Source of the DNA: a virus
IMG/VR virus record: IMGVR_UViG_3300020391_000290
Span: 32,001 to 96,000 of that record
Direction: 5' to 3' (one strand)
DNA: 64,000 bases
Each line of letters opens with the position of its first letter. Positions within the stretch are counted from its first letter, which is position 1. This document shows positions 1 to 8,260 of this stretch, piece by piece. A program made the translations under genes and the position numbers. Under the pieces are notes generated by a model. The model had not been told where the DNA came from and ran no database searches. It saw nothing but the letters and a program-made list of their open reading frames with translations.

Positions 1-2
1 AT

Positions 3-389
3 GATACTCTAAATAAACAAAATTTAGAAAATTTCGAGCAACAACGACTAATTACAATGATAAACGATGCAGAACTAAGTGCTGAAGAGAAGCAACGTAG
101 ATTTGCGGAGATTTTTCAAACTATGACTAGTTACACTCTTGCAAATATTGTAGGTAGTATTAGTAAAATAGTAACTCCGGATGGTGTAGTAGTAGCAAAT
201 GAGTCTCATATAAACGACTATGTAAGAAATTCAGAAAGACAGTTTTACGAAGCTCTTAAAAATTATTTAGAAGGAATAACTAAAGCAATTCCAGAGAAAA
301 ATGTTTCTATAAAATGTGCAGAATGCTCTAACGATTATACAACTCCTTTTACGTTTGATCAATCAAATTTTTTCGCATTCGCCTCTTAG
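3..389 (+). CDS. gp26-like baseplate hub/tail assembly chaperone, C-terminal part (5' truncated by window)
   Basis: Frame open from position 3; C-terminal CAEC zinc knuckle followed by FTFDQSNFF, typical of T4-like gp26-family ends. Confidence 0.65.
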   Translation, partial: DTLNKQNLENFEQQRLITMINDAELSAEEKQRRFAEIFQTMTSYTLANIVGSISKIVTPDGVVVANESHINDYVRNSERQFYEALKNYLEGITKAIPEKNVSIKCAECSNDYTTPFTFDQSNFFAFAS

Positions 390-460
390 CATTATCTAAT
401 CCTGAGATTGAGAGGCTTTTACAAGGATACGAAAAAACAGTGAACGAACTGCGTCTTAAC

Positions 461-604
461 ATGACTAAGATTGCTTGGTTTATGAGAGGAGGAGTGACTA
501 TGTCCGAACTTCTAGACATGCCACAATCTGAATACAAACACTTTAACACAGTTATTCAAGAAAATTTAGAACTTAGTAAAGCTGCGAAACAAGTAATAGT
601 TTAG
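461..604 (+). CDS. gp51-like short protein (MTKIAWFMRGGVTMSELLDMP..., 47 aa); probably also the -1 frameshift extension of the upstream gene
   Basis: Translated by hand, absent from ORF track. WFMRGG...ELLDMP motif; reading frame is open back to at least 365. Confidence 0.6.
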   Translation: MTKIAWFMRGGVTMSELLDMPQSEYKHFNTVIQENLELSKAAKQVIV

Positions 605-988
605 GAATGAACTACGTTCATTCGTTCTTTTCACTTCGTTCAATCACTTTTTTTGAGTGAAACGAAACAGCTATCATCTCGAAGTTAAGCTCATACTTCA
701 CCCGTTGCCGGGTGTAGTAATAAATGAAATCGCCATCATCTGCGTGTATCACTCATCTGTTATAAGAAGATTACATTTCTGTACGGAGGCGGAAACCCGT
801 GGACCCCCTACTTCAGCCTTCACTGATAGTCTCGGAACCTTAACGCATCATAACAGCAATGCGTTTCTAGTTGAGGTTGTATCTTTTCACAGAGCCTCAT
901 CTTTTGTGCCTAAAGTTGGTTTTACTCGTGTTAACGACGGTTTAATGCGTAGACCGTAAACGCCAAATTTTTATTATTGTAACACTAT
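605..988 (-). ncRNA. Candidate large structured non-coding RNA
   Basis: Intergenic; 130/300 G+C over 661-960 (43%) in a clearly AT-richer window; several hairpins; GCAA tetraloop and G-U wobble pairs occur on the minus strand. Confidence 0.5.
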
Positions 989-1411
989 CTAGCCATTTAA
1001 TTGTTTATTGATTATGCCCTTTTGGTGTACTCTTACTCTAATGTGCCCGTTGTACCAGTCATCTGATTCTAGTACTTTATATCTAAATTGTTCTCTTGCT
1101 TCTACGTACGATAGTTCTGCTTTACTAGAACAGAAATATAATATCTTACGTTTGAATTTATCTTTGCCTAATGTTTCGACGTCTTCTGCTAATTCGTCTG
1201 ATGAGCCATAGTAGTCACGCCAATCACTTTCTACTAATGAACGACGTTTATTTTTTCTGCCTTTAAGGGGAGGTTTAGTTTTTTTAAACTGTGCCAGTTT
1301 TTTGCCAATGTATTTTCTATTGTTTGTTGTGTTTGTAATTAGATATACAAACCCAATTATTCCTTCTGGTATTTCTTTGACTATTTTGTTCTTGTAATAC
1401 CAGTTTTCCAT
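989..1411 (-). CDS. GIY-YIG endonuclease (Seg/EndoII-like), ~140 aa
   Basis: GFVYLITNTTNNRKYIGKK matches GIY-YIG; YYGSS, conserved E (YVEAREQ) and WYNG. Likely start is MENWYYK at 1411, not 1498. Confidence 0.85.
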   Translation of the reverse strand: MENWYYKNKIVKEIPEGIIGFVYLITNTTNNRKYIGKKLAQFKKTKPPLKGRKNKRRSLVESDWRDYYGSSDELAEDVETLGKDKFKRKILYFCSSKAELSYVEAREQFRYKVLESDDWYNGHIRVRVHQKGIINKQLNG

Positions 1412-1433
1412 GTTATATTGTATATATCTTTTA

Positions 1434-1607
1434 TTACATACTATTCTTTTTTTCTTGAATCTCGGCACGTCTTGCCTTAGCGAGTTTTTGTATTTCACCT
1501 AATGCTTTTCTTGCTCTTGCGGCTGCGGCTTTAATTCCTTTAGTTTCAAATGCTTCTGATTCTTTTAAGTATGCTTCGTATGCAGTAATTATTTGTTCGT
1601 GTGACAT
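1434..1607 (-). CDS. Histone H1-like Hc1-family basic peptide (57 aa)
   Basis: Hand translation MSHEQIITAYEAYLKESEAFETKGIKAAAARARKALGEIQKLAKARRAEIQEKKNSM; strong RBS TAAGGAG upstream; KGxKAAAARARK motif. Confidence 0.75.
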   Translation of the reverse strand: MSHEQIITAYEAYLKESEAFETKGIKAAAARARKALGEIQKLAKARRAEIQEKKNSM

Positions 1608-1617
1608 TGTAGTCTCC

Positions 1618-2649
1618 TTACCATTCTGTTACATGATGCTTATCATGTAGTTTTGCTTTTATACATTTTGTTTTGCACTCTATGTTGTCAAATTTTTTAA
1701 ATTCATTATTCCAAAAACTATCTTTTATTATATTATCGATTGTAGTATTATGCAAATTAAATTTTGTTTGTGCTAAAGAAATCATATTTTTATTATGTGG
1801 ATACCTATTAGCAGTCCAACAACAAGGATAAAATTCTCCTGTGGCTTTTAAGAATACTCCTTTATTACCTATGTAACAAAGTGCAGGGTATTCATTATTC
1901 TTATTTAATTCTAAAGCACGTTCTAAGAATATTTTTTTAAGATCTTCGCCGGGTCTAGTTTTAGTGCTAATTTTATATTGTTGTCTTTCAAATCTATGAC
2001 CTTTAGCAATAAGAAATTTATTTGTAGGTTCTAACAAATCGTTGTTGCTATATGCATCTGGGTAAGTACTTCCAAATTTTGTACTTTTAGTAAGTTGCCA
2101 ACAATCAAAATTGTTATTAATTGCAATATTGTTAATATCTTGTAAATTATTTTCGTTAAATCTAAATGCTATAGTGGCTACTACAGTATATGTTATTTTA
2201 TTATGTTCTCGGAAAGTTACTATACCTAGCATAATACTTTTCCAATCGCAGTTTACACGATATTTACTGTTACTTTCCTGATCCCACCCATCTAAACTCC
2301 AGTGTACTTCGTCATGTTCATTTAGTAACATTGCTAATTTTTGCCACCAATCCGCTTTTTTGTAACTACCATTGGTAATTATTAGCAGTTGCAATTGAGG
2401 ATTAATTTCTTTTATCCAATGTACAATTTGTAAAAAATCTTTTGCATATATTGGATCACCGTCATCGCCACAAAAACTAATTTTACGTATCTTTTTTATA
2501 TGCGATTCGCCTATCTGTGTACGGAAAAAATCTAATGTAAGTTGGCGATTAAGGAGTGTTTCTGGCATTTCGACTCTGGTGCATCTAGGACATTTTAATG
2601 TACATATGCTACTTACTTCTATATGCCAATGGTCTAATGCTAGTTTCAT
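1618..2649 (-). CDS. Radical SAM protein with C-terminal SPASM/twitch domain
   Basis: CTLKCPRC (CxxxCxxC), GDDGDP, TNGS, SLDG; C-terminal GEFYPCC...CKTKC. Confidence 0.9.
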   Translation of the reverse strand: MKLALDHWHIEVSSICTLKCPRCTRVEMPETLLNRQLTLDFFRTQIGESHIKKIRKISFCGDDGDPIYAKDFLQIVHWIKEINPQLQLLIITNGSYKKADWWQKLAMLLNEHDEVHWSLDGWDQESNSKYRVNCDWKSIMLGIVTFREHNKITYTVVATIAFRFNENNLQDINNIAINNNFDCWQLTKSTKFGSTYPDAYSNNDLLEPTNKFLIAKGHRFERQQYKISTKTRPGEDLKKIFLERALELNKNNEYPALCYIGNKGVFLKATGEFYPCCWTANRYPHNKNMISLAQTKFNLHNTTIDNIIKDSFWNNEFKKFDNIECKTKCIKAKLHDKHHVTEW

Positions 2650-4409
2650 GCAATTTCTACATCCGTATCGTAACTTGTAAAGCCGTTTTCTTTTACTACT
2701 TTTAAAACATTATTTACACGCCCGATGAGCTCATCTTTATGCGAAACTAACCAAACACTTTTATTACGTTCTCTGCTCATACGTTTTAGTACTGCCATAC
2801 TATTCTCCACACCAGAACTATCCATACCACTATCAACTAATTCGTCTATAAACAGTAAATTAATTGGCTGATATAAACTTTCCCAAACATCACGAAATGC
2901 CCAACTTAAACTTAGTATTAGTCTATTTCGTTCACCTCTACTTAAATTATCAAAGTCCAAATCTCTGCCTAGTTCTTGTATTTCCACAGTCAAGTCGTTC
3001 TGAAATACTACAGTATGTGGTAGTCCAATTGCATTTAAATATTGATCTAGTCTTGTATTTAAGTATGCTAAGTTCTGATCTATAATCCTTTTACGTATAA
3101 AGCTATCTTTATTTGTAAGTAGTTTTAATAAAAATTCTTGATGTTGTTGTGTCCTAGTAAGTTCATTTATACTATCCCAAGTTATTTCTTGTACTGCAGT
3201 AGTTTCCATATCTGCAATTTGATCAGTATAAGGATCATTTTCATCTTGTTTATTTTGTAATTGAAATTCTAGTGTTGATAAACTTGAACGATGATTGTGT
3301 GCATCATTAACACTATCATAAAAAGTACGCGGTTTATTTGGAACTGTTTGTTTTTGTTGATCTAGTTCTTCAATGCCTTGTTGTAATTCTGTAAGAAATG
3401 TATTAGCATCTTTGTACTCTTTGTCTGCTTTTATAATTTGTTCTTTGTGTGTTTCTAAATGTGCAACACTTTGTCCGCAACTACTACAAGTTCCTTCGTT
3501 TATATCGTCTAATGCCTTTTTAGTACGTTTAGCGTCACGTTCTGCTCTGCTTATTTGTGCCTGTAGTGAGGATGTGTCTTTAGTTAACTGTATTTGTGCA
3601 TTGTTAAGTGTATGCCAATCATTTAATTCTGTATGTGTTCTTAGTTCTAAATTAATATCTACGTGTGCTAAATCTTCTATTGCAGTTTTTAGTTTTGTGA
3701 TATCGTCTTCTTTTTTCTTTTGCCAAAGTGTTTGTCTACGCTTTAGGGCTTGAACTTGTTCTACTATTTTACCGTTTGCATCTTCTACTGCTTTTATACG
3801 AAACTGTTCTTCTTGTATCTTGTTCTTAGTAACACGTACCATTTCTTTTAAGTTTTCTGCTTTTTCACTAAGAATAGTTATGCCTAGTAATTGTTCTATA
3901 ATCGCTCTTTGATCATTTTGTCGCATACTTAAAAAAGGCTCACTGTAAGTATTTAGAGCCAATACATGTTTAAACATTGCATGACTCATACCTAACAGTA
4001 GCTCTATTGCTTTTTGTGTTTCTCTACTATCACCTTGAGCATAGTCATTTGCTTCTTGTTCGTTATTGTTTATGTAAAATTTTAAAACATTGCTTTTACG
4101 ACCTCGTTCTATACGATACTGCAAACCATCTTTTTCAAATTCTACAGTAACTAACATATTTTTACCGTTAGTCTTGTTTATTAAATTATCTTTACGAATG
4201 TTTGTAAGTGCATCACCATATAATGCATAACTTAGTGCATTTATGATTGTAGTTTTGCCTGTACCATTTCTAGCACCTGCATCTCCTCCACCTGTATCTA
4301 AGTTTTCACCTAGCACAAGCGTTAAGTCATTTCGATTAAAGTCTATGGCTTGTGTAGTATTACCTACACTCATAAAGTTTTTTACTGTAAGAGTATTGAG
4401 TTTAAACAA
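2646..4409 (-). CDS. Recombination ATPase subunit, gp46/SbcC/Rad50-like
   Basis: KNFMSVGN, Walker A NGTGKTT, zinc hook CSSC within coiled coil, signature LSRGE, Walker B LLFIDE, H-loop VSHK. Confidence 0.95.
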   Translation of the reverse strand: MFKLNTLTVKNFMSVGNTTQAIDFNRNDLTLVLGENLDTGGGDAGARNGTGKTTIINALSYALYGDALTNIRKDNLINKTNGKNMLVTVEFEKDGLQYRIERGRKSNVLKFYINNNEQEANDYAQGDSRETQKAIELLLGMSHAMFKHVLALNTYSEPFLSMRQNDQRAIIEQLLGITILSEKAENLKEMVRVTKNKIQEEQFRIKAVEDANGKIVEQVQALKRRQTLWQKKKEDDITKLKTAIEDLAHVDINLELRTHTELNDWHTLNNAQIQLTKDTSSLQAQISRAERDAKRTKKALDDINEGTCSSCGQSVAHLETHKEQIIKADKEYKDANTFLTELQQGIEELDQQKQTVPNKPRTFYDSVNDAHNHRSSLSTLEFQLQNKQDENDPYTDQIADMETTAVQEITWDSINELTRTQQHQEFLLKLLTNKDSFIRKRIIDQNLAYLNTRLDQYLNAIGLPHTVVFQNDLTVEIQELGRDLDFDNLSRGERNRLILSLSWAFRDVWESLYQPINLLFIDELVDSGMDSSGVENSMAVLKRMSRERNKSVWLVSHKDELIGRVNNVLKVVKENGFTSYDTDVEIA

Positions 4410-5194
4410 TTTCTAACATCCTGTGTGTTTTTAAACCAATCCTTGTAATCATAAGGAGGTATTTCTTTAATATTATACTGTCTTTCTAACCAATAAATCA
4501 AATATCCTTGGTCATGCAAAGAATAATGTGTATCAAACTCAAAATTTATATTATTGTTCAAAGCATGTTTTACTAAATTTACTAAATCTTGTGCCTGATA
4601 ATATTTGTAGTTGACTTTTTTAAATTGTTCGTGTAAATGTTTGAACTTATGTAAATCGCACTGTCCAAAGTGAGGTTCAAGACTATCTATAATTTGTTTT
4701 TGATTAAAAAATAAATCACTAATATTTAAATTTAAAACATCATCTACTGGTTGCCAAGTATTAAGATAGAAATCTGCGTGTTTGTCACTATGATGATAGG
4801 TAAGACTAAAATTTTCACGTATTTCATAATCTTCTAAATCGAAACTAAATTTTGAACGTTCTGCTTTTTCTTTACAAGTTTGATATACAATACTTTTTGC
4901 ATTGTTGTCTATACACATTCGTATAGTGTTAGGCATTCCACGATCTATATAATCATCTATTCCACTATCTATCAAACAAATACTTTTTTTGCCTTCAAAG
5001 TTATAATAATTCTTTTTAATGTAAGGTCGATTATGTAACCATGTTTTCCAGTGTAAAGGATAATCATGGCTATTACCGTTTTTACTAAATGTACTATTTT
5101 CTTGTGGACAATATGCATCTTCGAAACATGTACTAATCATCTGTAACATATAATGCCCAAATCCACCACTTGGGTAGTGTATATAATATATCAT
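4382..5194 (-). CDS. Hypothetical protein (possible degenerate sulfotransferase/P-loop fold)
   Basis: 270-aa ORF overlapping both neighbours; N-terminal YPSGGFGHY loop. Confidence 0.55.
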   Translation of the reverse strand: MIYYIHYPSGGFGHYMLQMISTCFEDAYCPQENSTFSKNGNSHDYPLHWKTWLHNRPYIKKNYYNFEGKKSICLIDSGIDDYIDRGMPNTIRMCIDNNAKSIVYQTCKEKAERSKFSFDLEDYEIRENFSLTYHHSDKHADFYLNTWQPVDDVLNLNISDLFFNQKQIIDSLEPHFGQCDLHKFKHLHEQFKKVNYKYYQAQDLVNLVKHALNNNINFEFDTHYSLHDQGYLIYWLERQYNIKEIPPYDYKDWFKNTQDVRNCLNSILLQ

Positions 5195-6201
5195 AGGTTC
5201 TTGTATATATCCAACATTAATTTACTATCATATTGTTGACTGTCTATTTGTTGTAATTGACTTGTGACTATACTATCCACACTTTCAAAATTTATTTCAC
5301 CAGATATTTGCATATCCATTTCTTCCATTTTTACAGGTATAAGACTCATTTCACGTAATGAATATTCATGCATAAATGTTTCTTTTATAAAACTTGCTTC
5401 TTCATAACTTATATCTACATCTAAATTCACTCTTGCATAAGTTTTAGGACTTAAATATTTTTCTGGACCTTCTAAAAGTTGACTTATTTTAAGTGTGCGA
5501 TACTTTGGTTGGTCAGGCCATGCAATAAATTGTTTTGTGCCATCCCAGTCTAGTATCATCATACCTCTATCATCATCCCATGCATCACTATAATTATGTG
5601 GGAACGCATTTCCTGTATAGGTAACATTATTACGCTCTTGTCTTTTATGAAAATGACCAGTAAAAACTTTACCACAACGGCCAAAGTCTTTATCGCTTAG
5701 TTCTCCGTGATCAGGCATTTGTACCATTGCATTCATATAAAAGTGTGGAAGTTCAAAATGTCCAATTACATAATCTGCACGTATCTTTTGCATTTGTTTA
5801 TGTTCGTCACCTACTAGCCAAGGAACAAATGCTACGTTATCTACAGTAGTTATATCGTTGTAAAATTCTATATTTTCATATTTTTTTATAAATGCAATAC
5901 TATTGTAATCTCGCTTGTCTCTATGGTACTCATCATGATTGCCTGGTATAAAATGTATTACATCAAATGTTTCATTTAGTTTATCTAATGCTTGTACACT
6001 ATAATTTAACGTACTAACGTTTATAGTCGCACGTTGATGATGCCAGTCGCCCATAAAAATACAAGTGTCTGCCCCTTGTTCTTTTGCTTCCTTACAGAAC
6101 CAAGTAATAAAATCTAAACAATCTTTGTTAAATGTTTGGCTATTGCTTTTATTTCCAAAGTGAATGTCCGTAAAGACGGCGGCCCGTTTGAATAAACTCA
6201 T
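5191..6201 (-). CDS. Recombination nuclease subunit, gp47/SbcD/Mre11-like
   Basis: Metallophosphoesterase motifs DIHFG, GDWHH, GNHD, GHFE, GHFH. Confidence 0.95.
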   Translation of the reverse strand: MSLFKRAAVFTDIHFGNKSNSQTFNKDCLDFITWFCKEAKEQGADTCIFMGDWHHQRATINVSTLNYSVQALDKLNETFDVIHFIPGNHDEYHRDKRDYNSIAFIKKYENIEFYNDITTVDNVAFVPWLVGDEHKQMQKIRADYVIGHFELPHFYMNAMVQMPDHGELSDKDFGRCGKVFTGHFHKRQERNNVTYTGNAFPHNYSDAWDDDRGMMILDWDGTKQFIAWPDQPKYRTLKISQLLEGPEKYLSPKTYARVNLDVDISYEEASFIKETFMHEYSLREMSLIPVKMEEMDMQISGEINFESVDSIVTSQLQQIDSQQYDSKLMLDIYKNL

Positions 6202-6207
6202 GTAATT

Positions 6208-6235
6208 ATTATAGCATCTTATCTTTTATTGTCAA
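6208..6235 (-). promoter_or_regulatory. Sigma70-type promoter for gp47, probably leaderless
   Basis: Minus strand TTGACA-N16-TATAAT with TGn extended -10; ATG begins 7 nt after the -10 box. Confidence 0.7.
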
Positions 6236-7353
6236 TGATTAAAGTAGTCTTGTTGTGTACCTTCTCGGTACAAGTCTAAAGTAATACAGTGTAATCCACC
6301 GTCCCAGAAATATCTATGCCTCCATGGGACATAAACTGGTTCGATTTTATGTTTTTTAAAGAATTTGTTTACTTTTTCGTTGTTAGGATTACTAACACAA
6401 CAATGATGTTCGTCTAACATCAGTACATTTACATCAAAAACTGTTTCCTCTACATAACCAACCCAATCTTGTAGCCAGGTCTCTACAAATTGAGTGAATT
6501 CATCGTTGTGCTCTTCGCCCGCAAGCCACCATTTGCCTTCATTTTTATCCTTAAGATCTAAAAATGGCTTTACCTTACTCCAACTTTGATTTGGTAGATA
6601 ACAGACATCCCATCCTGGAAAAGTTTTTTCATAATTTTGCACGTCACGTAAACTTAATATTACTCCCGGTTTAATTGGATGATAGTTTGCATCAGCGTGT
6701 CCATCTGAATTAGCAACAGTCACTTCAAATTCTTTGAATTGAGATAGTCCTTGCACATCCTCTAATGTAAGTTCTATTTCATGGGTGTCACCTACAATCA
6801 CTTTTTTTCCAATCATAAATACAATCGCACTGCTATCTGAATGACTGGTAAAATTTAGCAATTCTCTCCATACAAAATCTTCAAAGTATTCTTTATTTTT
6901 TCTGTGAATACAAAAATCTTCCCAACTAGGCCAACTTGCTCCGGCTAGTATATTGTATTTGTTTTCACAGGATATAAATGGAATTTTATATTCTGGCACA
7001 TTTAACGGAGCATAATTTTCAAGTTTGGATCTAATTGCAGGATGATCGCCATTAAGACTATAACATCTGTTTCCTATTACCAACTGATAATCACGGGGTT
7101 GTAATGGACCCCTAGGATATCTGCTTGGATTATCTAGAAATCTTTCATTCCTGTCCATATCAGGTTGTATTACTTCTACTCCAAAATCTTGTAATATTTT
7201 TTTGTATCCATCTAAATCTTCTAGTGTTTCTTCACATATACGTTTTAACGGATCACCTGCTTTATCCGGAAGTCCATTGAAAAACTCAGGTGCATAATTA
7301 TTGCCCAACATACATACTTTTAGTGGGTCCCATTTGTTCCAAATGTTATACAT
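6232..7353 (-). CDS. Amidinotransferase (glycine/inosamine-phosphate amidinotransferase family)
   Basis: WDPLK start, QPRD, GHAD, C-terminal DGGLHCITLD with catalytic Cys of the pentein family. Confidence 0.85.
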   Translation of the reverse strand: MYNIWNKWDPLKVCMLGNNYAPEFFNGLPDKAGDPLKRICEETLEDLDGYKKILQDFGVEVIQPDMDRNERFLDNPSRYPRGPLQPRDYQLVIGNRCYSLNGDHPAIRSKLENYAPLNVPEYKIPFISCENKYNILAGASWPSWEDFCIHRKNKEYFEDFVWRELLNFTSHSDSSAIVFMIGKKVIVGDTHEIELTLEDVQGLSQFKEFEVTVANSDGHADANYHPIKPGVILSLRDVQNYEKTFPGWDVCYLPNQSWSKVKPFLDLKDKNEGKWWLAGEEHNDEFTQFVETWLQDWVGYVEETVFDVNVLMLDEHHCCVSNPNNEKVNKFFKKHKIEPVYVPWRHRYFWDGGLHCITLDLYREGTQQDYFNH

Positions 7354-7367
7354 AATTTTGTTTAAGT

Positions 7368-8180
7368 TTAGATAGGATTAGAACTTTTTGCAATTTCGTT
7401 CTCCGTTTGTCTTGTATAACTAGGATTAAGTCCAGCACTTTCTAATATATCGTCTCGAATTGCTTGATTTTTCTTTTCTAAGTTTAGCACACGAGTAAAA
7501 CTATTTGTGATTGCGGCAGTATAGTAAGCAAATGGATTTTCGCTTTTACTTTCGTCAAACTGCAACCCAATTTGTGTTAATTGTAGTAGTGCTTGGCTAC
7601 GCATTTCGTCGTTATATGTATATCCGCGCCAGTTTGATCTTGTCCCATAACGTTCACATAGTTTCATATACATTCTAGCAAGTTTACTAGTAGTTTTTCC
7701 ATGCGTTTTACTAAAGTTACCGTTCTCTAGTCCACCCTCCCAATGACTTTTGCCCACAAGTACTGGGTTATCTTCATCATCTAACCTAAAATGTTGAAAT
7801 GGTGGAAAGTTACACTGTACGTGATGATCTGCTACTGTTTTTGGATTTTTTTTACGACCTGGATGTAACGGTATATGGTCATGTGTCATAATCCTAAACA
7901 CCACATCTTTTTTATCAATTTTTTTCCAGTCAACGGCAAACTCTGCTTGTTTAACTTTTTTACCTTCAGCACGAGCCTCTTCGTATGCTATTTTTTGCAT
8001 ACGATCAGCTTGATTTCTTTTAGCCTGTGCAACTGTCCTAATGTTAATTTTTTCTATATTTGGTAGTATCATATCATAGACATCGTCACCGTCTGCAATA
8101 AAACTACTGTATGTACTTTTACTTTTGTGTATTTCCTTTAACAAATCGCGATTGTTAAGGTAATTTTTTCTTTTTATCAT
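7368..8180 (-). CDS. gp55-like late-transcription sigma factor
   Basis: NYLNNRDLL start; NWRGYTYNDEM, FDESKSENPFAYYT motifs; adjacent to gp47/gp46 as in T4-like phages. Confidence 0.85.
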   Translation of the reverse strand: MIKRKNYLNNRDLLKEIHKSKSTYSSFIADGDDVYDMILPNIEKINIRTVAQAKRNQADRMQKIAYEEARAEGKKVKQAEFAVDWKKIDKKDVVFRIMTHDHIPLHPGRKKNPKTVADHHVQCNFPPFQHFRLDDEDNPVLVGKSHWEGGLENGNFSKTHGKTTSKLARMYMKLCERYGTRSNWRGYTYNDEMRSQALLQLTQIGLQFDESKSENPFAYYTAAITNSFTRVLNLEKKNQAIRDDILESAGLNPSYTRQTENEIAKSSNPI

Positions 8181-8206
8181 ATTTGAGGATTCCTTTTATA
8201 TGCGTA

Positions 8207-8236
8207 TATTATACAGCCTATAAATATACTTATGCA
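8207..8236 (-). promoter_or_regulatory. Sigma70-type promoter for the gp55-like gene
   Basis: Minus strand TTGCAT-N18-TATAAT followed by AAGGA RBS. Confidence 0.5.
8219..8226 (+). promoter_or_regulatory. T4-type late promoter TATAAATA
   Basis: Exact T4 late consensus ~35 nt upstream of the baseplate operon. Confidence 0.75.
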
Positions 8237-8260
8237 ATATAAAAATAAGGTTTTTTGAGA

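Noticed and set aside
781-815. GTACGGAGGCGG...CCCCTACT resembles a group II intron 3' end
   Set aside because: No domain V hairpin with catalytic triad upstream; wobble pairs favour the opposite strand.
824-839. Minus-strand GGUUCCGAGACUAUCA resembles the group I intron R element
   Set aside because: No convincing S element (P7 partner) or P/Q elements, and no interrupted host gene flanks the nuclease; not called an intron without a covariance search.
657-959. 100-aa plus-strand ORF in the track
   Set aside because: GTG start without RBS, atypical composition, no motifs; better explained as a chance ORF over a GC-richer structured element.
1412-1498. N-terminal extension of the GIY-YIG ORF
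   Set aside because: Overlaps the Hc1-like gene in another frame; MENWYYK at 1411 is the more plausible start.
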